NCBI GenBank assembly: GCA_049591595.1
Contig: JBAWFE010000045.1
Coordinates: forward strand, 15,089 to 79,088
Reading direction: 5' to 3'
DNA length: 64,000 nt
From: Candidatus Dormiibacterota bacterium
Lineage (GTDB): Bacteria; Chloroflexota; Dormibacteria; Aeolococcales; Bog-877
This document shows positions 23,169-33,447 of the stretch, piece by piece; position 1 is the first letter of the stretch; every line of letters starts with the position of its first letter. Under the pieces are notes generated by a model. That model had not been told where the DNA came from. It did no database searches and was given only the letters and a program-made list of their open reading frames with translations. The position numbers and the translations under genes were made by a program.

Positions 23169-23585
23169 ATGCAGGTACAGGCGACCGCCAAGTGGGTCCG
23201 GGTGCCCCCGCGCAAGGCCCGGCTAGTGGCCCACGTGGTCGAAGGCATGCCGGTGGGTGACGCCCTGGTGGCGCTCTCGTTCATGAGCCAGGCTGCCGCC
23301 GAGGATGTGGCCAAGGTGGTCCGATCGGCCGCCGCCAACGCTGAGAACAACTTCAGCCTGGAGCGGGATCGCCTGCAACTGCTGCGGATCGAGGTCGACG
23401 GGGGGCCAACCATCAAGCGGTTCCGTCCCCGCGCTAGGGGGTCTTCCTTCTCGATCTTCAAGCGGACCTGTCACCTGAAGGCGGTAGTCGAGGACGGGCT
23501 CGAACGCCCCACCCGCAGCCGCGCCAGAGTTCGGCCCACCCCGGCTGCTAGCCAGTCTCCGGTGGCTGATGAAGAGGAGGACTAG
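23169..23585 (+). CDS. rplV: 50S ribosomal protein L22 (with ~25-aa C-terminal tail)
   Basis: uL22 core. 138 aa. Confidence 0.94.
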   Translation: MQVQATAKWVRVPPRKARLVAHVVEGMPVGDALVALSFMSQAAAEDVAKVVRSAAANAENNFSLERDRLQLLRIEVDGGPTIKRFRPRARGSSFSIFKRTCHLKAVVEDGLERPTRSRARVRPTPAASQSPVADEEED

Positions 23586-23593
23586 GTAAGGGT

Positions 23594-24718
23594 ATGGGAC
23601 AGAAAGTCCACCCCAACGGATTCCGCCTCGGGATCTACCGAAACTGGGACGCGCGCTGGTTTGCCAGCGGCCCCGAGTACACCAAGCTGCTGCAGGAAGA
23701 CCTGGCCATGCGCCAGCTGATCGCCAGCCGGCTGAAGAACGCCAGCGTGGCCCGGATTGAGACCGAGCGCTCAGCCAACCAGCTGACCGTGATCATCCAC
23801 ACCGCGAAGCCGGGCATCGTGATCGGCCGCAGCGGGGCGTCAGTTGACGCGCTCCGCGACAACCTGGAACGAATCTCTGGCAAGAAGGTGCGAGTCACCA
23901 TCCAGGAGATCAAGACCCCTGAGTTGGACGCCCAGCTGCTGGCGGAGAACGTCGCCAACCAGCTAGAGAAGCGAATCGCCTTTCGCCGGGCCGTGAAGCA
24001 GTCGGTGATGCGTTCGATGCGCGCCGGCGCCAAGGGAGTGCGGATCCAGGTCTCCGGCCGGTTGGGAGGTGGCGACATGAGTCGCCGGGAGTGGGACCGC
24101 GACGGGCGGGTACCCCTGCACACCCTTCGGGCAGACATCGACTTTGGCCAGACGGAGGCCAAGACCACCTTCGGTCAGATCGGTGTCAGCGCCTGGATCT
24201 ACAAGGGAGACTTCACCGAGCCGCAGGTGACCACAGCGCCGCCCCTTGACCTAGCGGGCGAGCCGACCCCGGGAACGGAGACGGTTCCGCTCGTAATCGT
24301 GACCGAAGCCATGCCGGTAGCGGCCGACGGCGCCGAGACCTCGCCAGTCACCGAGTCAGCGGAGATGGTTTCGGAGGGATCTCCAGTCTCCGGTGCCCCC
24401 GTTGGGGAGTCGGTTGAGCCGAAGCCGAAGCCCAGGGCGCGGGCCAAGGCGGCGGCAGCCGCTGATTCCGACCCGGGGACACCGACCGCCGAGTCGGCCG
24501 CGTCTGAGCCGACCAAGGCGAAGACTCCGCGGATCGTAAAGGCGAAGGCGACTGCGGTCAAGGCGACTGCGGTCAAGGCGACTGCGGTCAAGGCGACGGC
24601 GGTCAAGGCGACGGCGGTCAAGGCGACGGCGACCAAGCCGGCTGCGGCCAAGCCGAGCGCGGCACCGCGCAAGCGCACGACCAAGGCGTCCGCCGACGAG
24701 TCCAAGAAGGACCTCTGA
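23594..24718 (+). CDS. rpsC: 30S ribosomal protein S3 with ~160-aa Ala/Lys/Pro/Thr-rich C-terminal extension
   Basis: uS3 core [24 protein letters not shown]... to ~residue 215, then a low-complexity tail including (KATAV)n. Confidence 0.95.
   Translation: MGQKVHPNGFRLGIYRNWDARWFASGPEYTKLLQEDLAMRQLIASRLKNASVARIETERSANQLTVIIHTAKPGIVIGRSGASVDALRDNLERISGKKVRVTIQEIKTPELDAQLLAENVANQLEKRIAFRRAVKQSVMRSMRAGAKGVRIQVSGRLGGGDMSRREWDRDGRVPLHTLRADIDFGQTEAKTTFGQIGVSAWIYKGDFTEPQVTTAPPLDLAGEPTPGTETVPLVIVTEAMPVAADGAETSPVTESAEMVSEGSPVSGAPVGESVEPKPKPRARAKAAAAADSDPGTPTAESAASEPTKAKTPRIVKAKATAVKATAVKATAVKATAVKATAVKATATKPAAAKPSAAPRKRTTKASADESKKDL
24545..24634 (+). repeat. Tandem 15-bp repeat (aaggcgac[t/g]gcggtc) x6 inside the rpsC tail, encoding (KATAV)n
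   Basis: Six consecutive near-identical 15-mers read directly from the sequence. Confidence 0.9.
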
Positions 24719-24719
24719 A

Positions 24720-25154
24720 GTGTTGATCCCTCGCCGCCCGAAGCATCGCAAGCAGCACCGGGGCCGGATGACCGGCGCCGCCTATCGCGGATCGTCACTG
24801 GCGTTCGGGCCATACGGCCTGCAGGCTCTGGAACCGTGTTGGATGACCAATCGCCAGATCGAGGCGGCCAGAAGGGCGATGACCAGGCACGTTCGCCGAG
24901 GCGGTAAGATCTGGATTCGAGTTTTTCCGGATAAGCCGATCACGAAGAAGCCCGCCGAGACCCGGATGGGGTCTGGCAAGGGGAACCCCGAGGGCTGGGT
25001 GAGCGTGGTCCTGCCGGGGCGGATTCTCTTTGAAATGGATGGTGTGGGCTTGGATACGGCGAAGGAAGCGATGCGTCTAGCCGCGCACAAGCTGCCGGTG
25101 AAGACCAAGTTCGTCGCCCGCGAAGACGCCGGCACCTCGGAAGGTGGCGAATGA
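24720..25154 (+). CDS. rplP: 50S ribosomal protein L16
   Basis: GTG start. [17 protein letters not shown]... Confidence 0.96.
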   Translation: MLIPRRPKHRKQHRGRMTGAAYRGSSLAFGPYGLQALEPCWMTNRQIEAARRAMTRHVRRGGKIWIRVFPDKPITKKPAETRMGSGKGNPEGWVSVVLPGRILFEMDGVGLDTAKEAMRLAAHKLPVKTKFVAREDAGTSEGGE

Positions 25155-25378
25155 CCAAGCAGGCGGTTGACGTGCAGCAGTTGCGCGACCTGGACGATAT
25201 CGGCCTGGAGGAGGCGCTTCGGGATCGACGTCAGGAGCTCCTGCAGCTGCGGCTGCAGCGCGCGACCGGTCAGCTGGAGCAGCACCGGCGGATCCGCGAG
25301 GTCAGGCGGGGAATTGCCCGCGTGCACACCTTGATCCGAGCTCGGGAGCTGGAAGACATCGCCGGAGAGCCAGGATGA
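25151..25378 (+). CDS. rpmC: 50S ribosomal protein L29
   Basis: ATGA overlap. 75 aa. uL29 helical pattern. Confidence 0.92.
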   Translation: MTKQAVDVQQLRDLDDIGLEEALRDRRQELLQLRLQRATGQLEQHRRIREVRRGIARVHTLIRARELEDIAGEPG

Positions 25379-25647
25379 CGGAGACGACCCCAGTGGTGCG
25401 GGAACGCCGCAAGGTGCGGGTGGGATTGGTCGTCAGCGACAAGATGGAGAAGACCGTGGTGGTCGAGGTCGAGGACCTTCGTGCCCACCCCCTCTATCGC
25501 AAGGTGCTCCGCCGCAGTCATCGCTTTCAAGCCCACGACGAGACCAACGAATGTCACACCGGCGATCGGGTTCGCATCATGGAAACCCGCCCGCTCAGTC
25601 GGACCAAGCGCTGGCGAGTGCTCGAGATCGTCGAGAAGGCCAGGTAA
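25375..25647 (+). CDS. rpsQ: 30S ribosomal protein S17
   Basis: ATGA overlap. ...[16 protein letters not shown]... Confidence 0.95.
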   Translation: MTETTPVVRERRKVRVGLVVSDKMEKTVVVEVEDLRAHPLYRKVLRRSHRFQAHDETNECHTGDRVRIMETRPLSRTKRWRVLEIVEKAR

Positions 25648-25650
25648 TCG

Positions 25651-26019
25651 TTGATCCAACAAGAGACGGTCCTAAAGGTGGCTGACAACAGCGGGGCCCG
25701 CGAGATCCTCTGCATCAGGGTGATGGGTGGATCGGCGCGCCGGTATGCCTCGCTGGGAGACGTCATCGTGGCCGCGGTCAAGGTCGCCCAGCCCAACTCC
25801 GGGGTGAAGAAGGGCGATGTGGTCAAGGCGGTGGTGGTGCGTACGGCCAAAGAGTGTCGGCGGCCGGATGGGACCAGGATCCGCTTTGACGACAACGCGG
25901 CGGTGCTGATAAACCCGCAGAACAATCCGCGCGGGACGCGGATCTTCGGCCCCGTCGCTCGCGAGCTTCGGGACCGCAATTTCATGAAGATTGTCTCCCT
26001 GGCTCCGGAGGTGCTCTAG
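25651..26019 (+). CDS. rplN: 50S ribosomal protein L14
   Basis: TTG start. [17 protein letters not shown]. Confidence 0.96.
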   Translation: MIQQETVLKVADNSGAREILCIRVMGGSARRYASLGDVIVAAVKVAQPNSGVKKGDVVKAVVVRTAKECRRPDGTRIRFDDNAAVLINPQNNPRGTRIFGPVARELRDRNFMKIVSLAPEVL

Positions 26020-26402
26020 TGATGCGCCGCCGCCGTCACGAGCCGCTTCCGCACGTGCGCGCACTCGACATTCGCTCCGGGGATACCGTCGTGGTGATTT
26101 CCGGTGCCGAGCGGGGGAAGCGGGGAGTGGTCGAGCGGACCCTCTCGGCGGAGCAGCGCATCGTGGTCAACGGCGTCAACATCCGCAAACGCCACCAGAG
26201 GGCCGGCGCCCGGCGGGGCGGAACGACCGCCATGCAGGGCGGAGTGATCGACTTCCCGGCACCTTTGCACTACAGCAACGTGCAGTTGATCTGCCTCAAT
26301 TGCGATCAACCCACACGGCTCGGACGGCGCTTGGACGGCGATCATTTCGTGGCCTACTGCAAGCGGTGCGACCAGGACTACCTGAGGCCACCGCGGGCAT
26401 GA
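26019..26402 (+). CDS. rplX: 50S ribosomal protein L24 with Cys4 (CxxC...CxxC) motif in the C-terminal region
   Basis: KOW region [17 protein letters not shown]-terminal LICLNCDQ...YCKRCDQ. 127 aa. Confidence 0.93.
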   Translation: MMRRRRHEPLPHVRALDIRSGDTVVVISGAERGKRGVVERTLSAEQRIVVNGVNIRKRHQRAGARRGGTTAMQGGVIDFPAPLHYSNVQLICLNCDQPTRLGRRLDGDHFVAYCKRCDQDYLRPPRA

Positions 26403-26956
26403 GTACCCAAGTAGCCGCCACGCCTCGGCTTCTGGAAACCTACCGGGAGACCGTGGTTCCGGGGATGGTCACCGAGTTTGGCTACCTCAACATCATGCAG
26501 GTGCCCAAGCTGCAGAAAGTGGTGGTCAACATCGGGATTGGCGAGGCCAGCTCCAACGCCAAGGCCCTGGATGCCGCCACCATGGACCTCCGGATCATCA
26601 CCGGTCAGCAGCCCTCAGTACGAAAGGCCCGCAAGTCGGTGGCTGCCTTCAAACTGCGCGAGGGAATGCCGGTCGGACTCAAGGTGACCATGCGGGGTAC
26701 CCGCATGTATGAGTTCGTGGACCGTCTGGTCAGCATCGCACTGCCCCGCATCCGCGATTTCCGTGGAGTCGTGGCCCGTTTTGACGGGCACGGCAACCTC
26801 ACCCTGGGGCTGACCGAGCAGCTGGTGTTCCCGGAGATCGACTACGACAAGATCGACAAGTTGAGAGGCATGGAGATAACCATCGTGACCACCGCGAAGA
26901 CGGATGCCGAAGGACGCAGCCTGCTGGCCGCGCTGGGCATGCCGTTCCGGCGTTAG
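26399..26956 (+). CDS. rplE: 50S ribosomal protein L5
   Basis: ATGA overlap with rplX. ...[14 protein letters not shown]... The ORF track frame is artefactually extended to 25991. Confidence 0.95.
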   Translation: MSTQVAATPRLLETYRETVVPGMVTEFGYLNIMQVPKLQKVVVNIGIGEASSNAKALDAATMDLRIITGQQPSVRKARKSVAAFKLREGMPVGLKVTMRGTRMYEFVDRLVSIALPRIRDFRGVVARFDGHGNLTLGLTEQLVFPEIDYDKIDKLRGMEITIVTTAKTDAEGRSLLAALGMPFRR

Positions 26957-26968
26957 AGAGGGCTGCCA

Positions 26969-27154
26969 ATGGCTAAAAAGTCCAAGATCATGGCTAGCCG
27001 GCGGGCTCCTCGCTTTCCGGTGCAGGCGCGCAGCCGGTGCAACCTCTGCGGGCGTCCCCGGGGATACATGCGCAAGTTCGGGCTCTGTCGGATCTGCTTT
27101 AGAATCCGGGCCTCCCAGGGACATATTCCCGGGATCCGCAAGTCGAGTTGGTAG
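26969..27154 (+). CDS. rpsZ: 30S ribosomal protein S14 type Z (zinc-binding)
   Basis: 61 aa. [22 protein letters not shown]. Confidence 0.96.
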   Translation: MAKKSKIMASRRAPRFPVQARSRCNLCGRPRGYMRKFGLCRICFRIRASQGHIPGIRKSSW

Positions 27155-27161
27155 AAAAGCA

Positions 27162-27557
27162 ATGCTGAGCGACCCCATCGCCGACATGCTCACCCGGGTG
27201 CGCAACGCCAATATGGCGGGGCACGACCGGGTGCAGATGCCGGCCAGCAAGGTGAAGGCGGAGATCGCCCGCGTCCTTCAGGACGAGGGCTACATCCAGA
27301 GTTTCGGCCTGTCCGAGGAGGACGGCCACCCTCAGCTTTGGCTGGAGTTTAAGCGACGCACGCCCCAGGGCAAGCCCCTGACCGGGCTGCGCCGCGTCAG
27401 TAAACCCGGCCTCCGGGTGTATCGCGGCAGCCAGGAAATCCCCCGGGTCTTCGCTGGCCTCGGGGTTTCGGTGGTCTCCACCTCGAAAGGGATCATGACC
27501 GGCCGCGAAGCTCGCCAACAGCATCTGGGCGGCGAAGTCCTGGCCGAGGTCTGGTAG
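27162..27557 (+). CDS. rpsH: 30S ribosomal protein S8
   Basis: [16 protein letters not shown]... ATG at 27162. The track frame is extended upstream. Confidence 0.95.
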   Translation: MLSDPIADMLTRVRNANMAGHDRVQMPASKVKAEIARVLQDEGYIQSFGLSEEDGHPQLWLEFKRRTPQGKPLTGLRRVSKPGLRVYRGSQEIPRVFAGLGVSVVSTSKGIMTGREARQQHLGGEVLAEVW

Positions 27558-27564
27558 CCAGCTG

Positions 27565-28113
27565 ATGTCCAGGATCGGTCGAACCCCCATCCCTGTGCCT
27601 GACGGTGTCACGGTGACCGTGTTGGGCAACTCCGTGTCGGTGGTCGGCCCGAGGGGAGAGCTGAGCCGCGACCTGCCCCCGGTGATCACGGTTCGCCAGG
27701 AAGGAGCCGAGGTCCTGGTAGAGCGTCCGACGGACTCGGCGCCGCACCGTTCCCTGCATGGGCTGACCAGGACCCTGGTCGCCAATATGGTGACCGGGGT
27801 CACGACGGGGTATCGCAAGGAGCTGGAGCTGCAGGGTGTCGGCTACCGGGCCTCCCTCCAAGGTGGCGACCTCCAACTTGCGCTGGGCTACTCGCACCCG
27901 ATCCGTATGACTCCACCGGAGGGGATCAAAATCGAAGTCCCCGAGCCGACCCGAGTCGCGGTTCTCGGTAATGACAAGCAGCTGGTAGGTCAGACTGCGG
28001 CCCGGATCCGAGCCACCCGCAAACCCGAGCCCTACAAGGGGAAGGGTGTTCGCTACCGGGGCGAGGTGGTTAGGCGCAAGGCAGGCAAGAGCGGTAAGGG
28101 AGCTAAGACCTAA
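27565..28113 (+). CDS. rplF: 50S ribosomal protein L6
   Basis: MSRIGRTPIPVPDGV... 182 aa. Confidence 0.96.
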   Translation: MSRIGRTPIPVPDGVTVTVLGNSVSVVGPRGELSRDLPPVITVRQEGAEVLVERPTDSAPHRSLHGLTRTLVANMVTGVTTGYRKELELQGVGYRASLQGGDLQLALGYSHPIRMTPPEGIKIEVPEPTRVAVLGNDKQLVGQTAARIRATRKPEPYKGKGVRYRGEVVRRKAGKSGKGAKT

Positions 28114-28116
28114 GCC

Positions 28117-28473
28117 ATGTCTCAAGTTGAAAGAAGTGGCGCCCGTCAGCATCGGCACAAGCGGGTGCGTTCGCGGGTGACCGGCTCCGGCTCGCGCCCG
28201 AGACTGTGCGTCTACCGCAGCTTGCGGCACGTCTATGCCCAGGTGGTCGATGACGGCAGCGGCCGTACTCTGGCTGCGGCCAGTACTTCTGAGAGGACCC
28301 TCAAGGTCAAGGGTGCCAACCGGGCCAGCGCGGCTGCGGTGGGGAAGGTGGTTGGCGAGAGAGCATTGGCGGCCGGCATCAAGCAGGTGGTCTTCGATCG
28401 AGGAGGCTACCTGTACCATGGGCGGGTCCAAGCCCTAGCCGACGCGGCCCGCGAGGCCGGTCTGGAATTCTGA
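28117..28473 (+). CDS. rplR: 50S ribosomal protein L18
   Basis: 118 aa. uL18 pattern. Position between rplF and rpsE. Confidence 0.94.
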   Translation: MSQVERSGARQHRHKRVRSRVTGSGSRPRLCVYRSLRHVYAQVVDDGSGRTLAAASTSERTLKVKGANRASAAAVGKVVGERALAAGIKQVVFDRGGYLYHGRVQALADAAREAGLEF

Positions 28474-28480
28474 AGGCTAT

Positions 28481-29044
28481 TTGATGAGCATGAACATGTC
28501 GCGCCCCGATCGGGACGCGAGAGGGGATCTGACCGAGCGGGTGGTCAGCCTGAACCGGGTCGCCAAGGTGGTCAAAGGAGGGCGTCGCTTCTCCTTCAGC
28601 GCCCTGGTGGTGGTCGGTGATGGCGCGGGCCGGGTCGGAGCTGGCCTAGGGAAAGCCGGTGAGGTCCCCGAGGCGATTCGCAAGGGGGTCGACGACGCGA
28701 AGAAGCACATGATCCGGGTGCCGATGGTGGGTCGCACGATCCCCCACGAAGTTCTGCGCAAGCAGGGGGCCGCTAAGGTCCTGTTGCGTCCAGCGTCGCC
28801 AGGCACAGGGGTGATCTCCGGGGGAGCCATGCGGGCGGTCGTGGAACTGGCCGGGATCAAGGACATCCTCACCAAGTCACTCGGCACCGACAATCCGATC
28901 AACACGGTGCGAGCCACCATGTCCGCCCTGGGGGAACTCCGCACCGCCGAGACGGTGGCCCGCCTACGAGGCAAGACCCTAGCCGAACTCGGCCTTCGGC
29001 CCTCGCAGGCAGCGGTCGGGTCGGAGGAGTCAGTCGGTGGCTGA
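28481..29044 (+). CDS. rpsE: 30S ribosomal protein S5
   Basis: ...[20 protein letters not shown]... The start may be one of the downstream in-frame ATGs. Confidence 0.95.
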   Translation: MMSMNMSRPDRDARGDLTERVVSLNRVAKVVKGGRRFSFSALVVVGDGAGRVGAGLGKAGEVPEAIRKGVDDAKKHMIRVPMVGRTIPHEVLRKQGAAKVLLRPASPGTGVISGGAMRAVVELAGIKDILTKSLGTDNPINTVRATMSALGELRTAETVARLRGKTLAELGLRPSQAAVGSEESVGG

Positions 29045-29279
29045 TGAGCCGCAGGGCTTGCGGGTGACCTGGGTCAAGAGCGCGATCGGATATGGCGACG
29101 ACCAGAAGCGGACCATCCGGGCCCTGGGGCTGCACCGGCTCCACCACACGGTGGAGCATCAGAACACACCATCGGTCCGCGGCATGGTCGGAGCCGTTCG
29201 GCACCTGGTTCGGGTGGAGCCGGTCGACTTGGCGTCGCCCCCGGCGGCCAAGCGAGCAGCTCGGAGCCCCCGTAAGTGA
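29037..29279 (+). CDS. rpmD: 50S ribosomal protein L30
   Basis: GTG start overlapping the rpsE end. ...[12 protein letters not shown]... Confidence 0.9.
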   Translation: MADEPQGLRVTWVKSAIGYGDDQKRTIRALGLHRLHHTVEHQNTPSVRGMVGAVRHLVRVEPVDLASPPAAKRAARSPRK

Positions 29280-29875
29280 GGCTTGACGAGCTAAAGCCGC
29301 CCGCTGGAAGTAGGCGGACGCGCAAACGGGTCGGCCGGGGCATTTCCGCCGGGGGCGGCAAAACCGCGGGCCGCGGACAGAAGGGTCAGGGCTCGCGGAG
29401 CTCCTGGAGCCTCCCGCGGGGCTTTGAGGGTGGCCAGATGCCGCTCACTCAGAGGGTCCCCAAACTTCGTGGTTTCTACAACCGTTTCCGGGTTGAGTAC
29501 CAGGTGATCAACTGTGGCAAGTTGGCTCGATTCGAGGCAGGGGCGGTGGTGGACGTGGATGGATTGCGTAAGTCCGGGCTGATCCGTCACCTCAACCAGC
29601 CGACCAAACTCCTGGCCGGGGGCGGAGTTCCGCCCGCTGTGACCATTCGAGTCAACCGGGCCAGCCGGGCCGCGATCGAGGCTGTGGCCAAAGCGGGCGG
29701 CACGGTCGAGCTCTTGGACGCTCCCAAGTCGGCCGAAGTTACTGACGCCAAACCCTCGGCAGCTCAGCGCAAGCGCGCCGAGAGTCGGGCCAAGGCGCAG
29801 GCGGCTGAGGAGCAGGAGCAGTCGGGGCCCGAGGCTGATGAGCCCCAGGGCGGAGGGCAGGAAAGCTCGACATGA
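29276..29875 (+). CDS. rplO: 50S ribosomal protein L15 (with ~50-aa Ala/Glu/Gln-rich C-terminal tail)
   Basis: GTG start. ...RVGRGISAGGGKTAGRGQKGQ... 199 aa. Confidence 0.94.
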   Translation: MRLDELKPPAGSRRTRKRVGRGISAGGGKTAGRGQKGQGSRSSWSLPRGFEGGQMPLTQRVPKLRGFYNRFRVEYQVINCGKLARFEAGAVVDVDGLRKSGLIRHLNQPTKLLAGGGVPPAVTIRVNRASRAAIEAVAKAGGTVELLDAPKSAEVTDAKPSAAQRKRAESRAKAQAAEEQEQSGPEADEPQGGGQESST

Positions 29876-31227
29876 GCCTGTTCGGGGCGCTCCGCGCCGC
29901 CATGGGGGTCCCCGAGCTTCGGCGCAAGCTGCTCATCACGATAGGGCTCATCGTTGTCTTCCGAGTCCTCGCCAGCATCACCATTCCTGGAGTCAACGGC
30001 GCCGCTCTGCGCGACCTCTTCAGCACCAACGGACTGCTGGGGCTGATTAACCTCTTCTCCGGTAGCGGATTCTCCACTTCCGGATCCAACGCTGGTATTT
30101 CCATTGTGGCGCTGGGACTGAACCCCTACATCAACGCCACCATCATCATGCAGTTGATGACCGTCATCTCCACAAGGGTCAAGGAGATGTCGAAGGAGGG
30201 CGATCTGGGGCGCCGCCGGCTCACCCAGTACGCTCGCTATCTGACGGTTGCACTGGCCCTGGTGCAGGGTTTCGGTTACACCCGGCTCTTTGAGAGCTTC
30301 AACTTCGACGGCCAGGCAATTCTTTCACCGACTACCTCCTGGCCGACGATTTTGGAGATCGTGGTCATTTTGACCGGGGGCACGATCGTGATCATGTGGT
30401 TCGGTGAGCTGATCACCGAGTACGGGCTCGGCAACGGGGTCTCGATCATCATCATGGCCGGAATCCTGGGACAGGTTCCGGGCGCGGTGCTCTCGTTTAC
30501 CAACGGCGGTTCGGCGGAGACATTCACCGTCTTCATGCTGGCGGTGATCGGAATTGTGGTCGCCGGGGGGATCATCTTCGTGCAGCAGGCGACCCGCAAG
30601 ATACCTATTCAATCTGCCCAGCGCGTTGTGGGTCGCCAAGTCTACCAGGGCCGGAGTAGTTTTCTCCCGCTGCGAGTCAATCAGGCCGGAGTGATTCCTA
30701 TCATCTTCGCCATCTCGATCATGTTTTTTCCCACGATTTTCGGAAACTTCTTCGCTCCGGCCAGCGGCACCGGCGGGGGCGTGATTGGGGCGGCGGCGAT
30801 CTGGGTGCACACCAATTGGAATCCCTTCGGTCCCATTGTTTGGGTCGACATCGGCTACGAGTTCATCTATTTCGCGCTCATCATGGGCTTTACCTTCTTC
30901 TACACCGCGGTGACCTTCGACCCCGAAGACGCGGCCGACAACCTGAAGAAGAGCGCCACCTTCATCCCGGGAATCCGTCCCGGCCGCGCTACCGCCCAAT
31001 ATCTGGCGCGGGTCATGAGCCGGATAACCCTGGCTGGGGCCATCTTCCTGGGCCTCATCACAGTGGTTCTACCCATCTTGGCAGCGCTGCTGACAGGACA
31101 GCAGCCCAACCAGGGGCTCTATTTGGGCGGCACCGCGGTACTGATCGTGGTGGGGGTATCGCTCGACACCATGAAGCAGCTCGAAACCCAGCTATTAATG
31201 CGGCAGTACCGCGGGTTCATCCACTGA
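29872..31227 (+). CDS. secY: Preprotein translocase subunit SecY
   Basis: 451 aa, 10 TM. ...GVNGAAL... and a plug/hinge region. Confidence 0.96.
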   Translation: MSLFGALRAAMGVPELRRKLLITIGLIVVFRVLASITIPGVNGAALRDLFSTNGLLGLINLFSGSGFSTSGSNAGISIVALGLNPYINATIIMQLMTVISTRVKEMSKEGDLGRRRLTQYARYLTVALALVQGFGYTRLFESFNFDGQAILSPTTSWPTILEIVVILTGGTIVIMWFGELITEYGLGNGVSIIIMAGILGQVPGAVLSFTNGGSAETFTVFMLAVIGIVVAGGIIFVQQATRKIPIQSAQRVVGRQVYQGRSSFLPLRVNQAGVIPIIFAISIMFFPTIFGNFFAPASGTGGGVIGAAAIWVHTNWNPFGPIVWVDIGYEFIYFALIMGFTFFYTAVTFDPEDAADNLKKSATFIPGIRPGRATAQYLARVMSRITLAGAIFLGLITVVLPILAALLTGQQPNQGLYLGGTAVLIVVGVSLDTMKQLETQLLMRQYRGFIH

Positions 31228-31821
31228 GTGGAGGGGATTGGGGTGGCTGACACAGCCCGGCACAACCTGGCCCTATTCGGGCCGGCCGGTTCGGGGAAGG
31301 GCACTCAGGCGGAGTTTCTAAAGCAAGAGCTCGGCGTCGAGCACATCGCCACCGGGGAGATGCTGCGCCACGAGAGGTCGCTCGGCACTGAGCTGGGCCA
31401 GACCCTCGCAGCCTATCTGGACGCCGGCAAGTTGGTCCCCGACGAGGTGATCGTGGCGATGATCCGGCACCGGCTAAGCGACCCCCAGGCCGACGCCGGG
31501 TTTGTCTTGGACGGATTCCCTCGAACCGTCGCTCAGGCCAGGGCGCTTCAGGAGATGCTGGCCAAGCTGGAGCGCCCGCTGGATCTGGCAGTAGTTCTCG
31601 GGGTGAGCGACGAGCAGCTGGTGTCGCGCCTCGCCCTGCGCGCCCGTCAAGAGAACCGCGGCGACGACACGCCGTCAGTGATCGCCGAGCGACTGCGGAT
31701 CTACCACGACCAAACAGAACCGGTGTTGGAGTACCTGGCCCGGACCCTGCCAGTGGTGCGGGTCGACGGGACACGAACGGTCGAGGAAGTTAGCCAGGCG
31801 CTGTTGCGGGCGATCGGTTGA
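31228..31821 (+). CDS. adk: Adenylate kinase (short type)
   Basis: GPAGSGKGTQA P-loop. The true start may be the GTG at ~31243. Confidence 0.93.
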   Translation: MEGIGVADTARHNLALFGPAGSGKGTQAEFLKQELGVEHIATGEMLRHERSLGTELGQTLAAYLDAGKLVPDEVIVAMIRHRLSDPQADAGFVLDGFPRTVAQARALQEMLAKLERPLDLAVVLGVSDEQLVSRLALRARQENRGDDTPSVIAERLRIYHDQTEPVLEYLARTLPVVRVDGTRTVEEVSQALLRAIG

Positions 31822-32576
31822 TCACGCTGAAGCGCGGCGACGAGGTGGAGCTGATGCGGCAGGCGGGTCGCCGCCTTGCGGAGGTGCTCCAGCTGCTGGC
31901 GGAGATGGTCGTCCCAGGGGTGACCACTACCGAGATCGATCGAGCGGCCAACCGGGAGATCCGCAAGCGGGACAGCTTTCCAGGATTCCTGGGGTACGAC
32001 GGTTTCCCCAAGCATCTGTGCATCTCGGTGAATGACCAGGTGGTACACGGCATTCCCAACGGCCGGCGGATTATCGAAGGGGACATCGTCAGCCTCGACT
32101 GCGGTCTGATCTACCAGGGATGGTGGGCCGATGCCGGACTGACCGTGTCGTGCGGCCAGGTGGATCCCGAAGCAGCGCGCCTGATTAAGGTGACCAAGGA
32201 AGCGCTGGATCTGGGCATCGCGGCCGCGGTCCCGGGGAATCACCTAGGCGATATCGGTCACGCCGTGCAGACCCACGTCGAGCAGAACGGCTACTCGGTG
32301 GTCCGGGGCTACACCGGCCACGGGATCGGCCGGGACATGCACGAGTCGCCCGAAGTGCCCAATCACGGGTATCCAGGTCGTGGGATCGAGATTCGCCCGG
32401 GACTGTGCCTGGCGATCGAGCCCATTGTGAACGAGGGGGATCCGGGAACGACGATCGAACCGGACGGCTGGACGGTGATCACCGCTGACCAGAGGCGGTC
32501 GTGCTACTTCGAGCACACCATCGCCATCGGAGAGGACGGCGCCGAGATTCTGACCCTACTCCCGGGGGCCGTCTGA
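31818..32576 (+). CDS. map: Methionine aminopeptidase type I
   Basis: TTG start overlapping the adk stop. Metal ligands in ...FPGF/HGIPN.../[14 protein letters not shown]. Confidence 0.94.
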   Translation: MITLKRGDEVELMRQAGRRLAEVLQLLAEMVVPGVTTTEIDRAANREIRKRDSFPGFLGYDGFPKHLCISVNDQVVHGIPNGRRIIEGDIVSLDCGLIYQGWWADAGLTVSCGQVDPEAARLIKVTKEALDLGIAAAVPGNHLGDIGHAVQTHVEQNGYSVVRGYTGHGIGRDMHESPEVPNHGYPGRGIEIRPGLCLAIEPIVNEGDPGTTIEPDGWTVITADQRRSCYFEHTIAIGEDGAEILTLLPGAV

Positions 32577-32652
32577 TCGGCTTCGCCATCTGTCCAGATC
32601 GGCTATACTTCCGGGCGGGCGAAGCTCGCTCAGCTTTCGTGTGCCCATCACC

Positions 32653-32865
32653 ATGAACGACCCTGGCGGTCTCCGGGGCCGAGTCCTTGAGCCTTTGCCG
32701 AACTCGCTCTTCCGGGTGGAGTTGGAGGGCGGGGGCAAGGTGGTGGCCCACGCGGCGGGACGGGCGCGCCTGGCGAGTGTGCGGCTCCTACCCGGAGATC
32801 GGGTTCTGGTCGAGTTGTCGACCACGGATCCGGGGCGGGGTCGGATCTTGGCTCGTCTGGTCTAA
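32653..32865 (+). CDS. infA: Translation initiation factor IF-1 (divergent, Arg-rich)
   Basis: [27 protein letters not shown]... aligns with the IF-1 S1 fold. The track frame opens at 32641. Confidence 0.85.
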   Translation: MNDPGGLRGRVLEPLPNSLFRVELEGGGKVVAHAAGRARLASVRLLPGDRVLVELSTTDPGRGRILARLV

Positions 32866-32888
32866 CAAGCAGTTCAGCGGAGTGTCAG

Positions 32889-33002
32889 ATGAAGGTCCGG
32901 GCCTCGGTGAAGAGGATCTGCGACAAGTGCAAGGTGATCCGTCGCTCGGGCACGGTCCGAGTCATCTGCGAGAACCCCAAGCACAAGCAGCGCCAAGGGT
33001 GA
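32889..33002 (+). CDS. rpmJ: 50S ribosomal protein L36 (37 aa; absent from the ORF track)
   Basis: [37 protein letters not shown] read in frame, between infA and rpsM. Confidence 0.93.
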   Translation: MKVRASVKRICDKCKVIRRSGTVRVICENPKHKQRQG

Positions 33003-33015
33003 GGCTGGAGGACTG

Positions 33016-33399
33016 ATGGCTCGGATCGCCGGCGTTGACCTGCCGCGCGGCAAGCGTGTCGAGATCGGCCTTACCTACGTTTACGGGATCGGCCTGACCA
33101 CCAGCCACAAGTTGCTTCGGATCGCCCAGATCGACCAGAACACCAAGACCGACGATCTGAGCGAGACCCAGGTGGTCCGACTTCGGGACGTGATCTCCAA
33201 GGAGCTACCAGGCAAGGTCGAGGGCGATCTCCGCCGCCAGGTGGCGCTCAACATCAAGCGACTGATGGAGATCGGTACCTACCGAGGACTGCGCCACCGC
33301 CGAGGACTTCCGGTGCGGGGCCAGCGAACGCGCACCAATGCCCGGTCTCGCCGTGGGCCGAGGAAAACCGTCGGCGTGCGCAGGAAGAAGGGCAAATGA
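33016..33399 (+). CDS. rpsM: 30S ribosomal protein S13
   Basis: [26 protein letters not shown]. Confidence 0.97.
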   Translation: MARIAGVDLPRGKRVEIGLTYVYGIGLTTSHKLLRIAQIDQNTKTDDLSETQVVRLRDVISKELPGKVEGDLRRQVALNIKRLMEIGTYRGLRHRRGLPVRGQRTRTNARSRRGPRKTVGVRRKKGK

Positions 33400-33447
33400 C
33401 CATGGGCCAGCCGCTCAGGCCGGTGCTGGGGAACTCGAGGAGCTGAT

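Noticed and set aside
24199-24813. Minus-strand ORF with its own (TAVAL)n repeat, antisense to the rpsC tail
   Set aside because: It is the mirror image of the rpsC 15-bp repeats. Its coding potential is explained by the plus-strand gene.
25991-26956. 321-aa ORF (and similar N-terminally extended frames 21359-22036, 26904-27557, 39072-40352, 46206-47447, 47323-47886, 47789-48544)
   Set aside because: These are genuine genes (rplE, rplW, rpsH, cdaR, thiL, tsaE, tsaB) whose frames stay open upstream through the preceding gene. They are trimmed to starts consistent with homolog N-termini and overlap coupling.
26615-28431. Minus-strand ORFs 26615-27250, 27099-27818 and 27493-28431 across the spc operon
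   Set aside because: Antisense to rplE/rpsZ/rpsH/rplF/rplR, with no conserved domains; artefacts.
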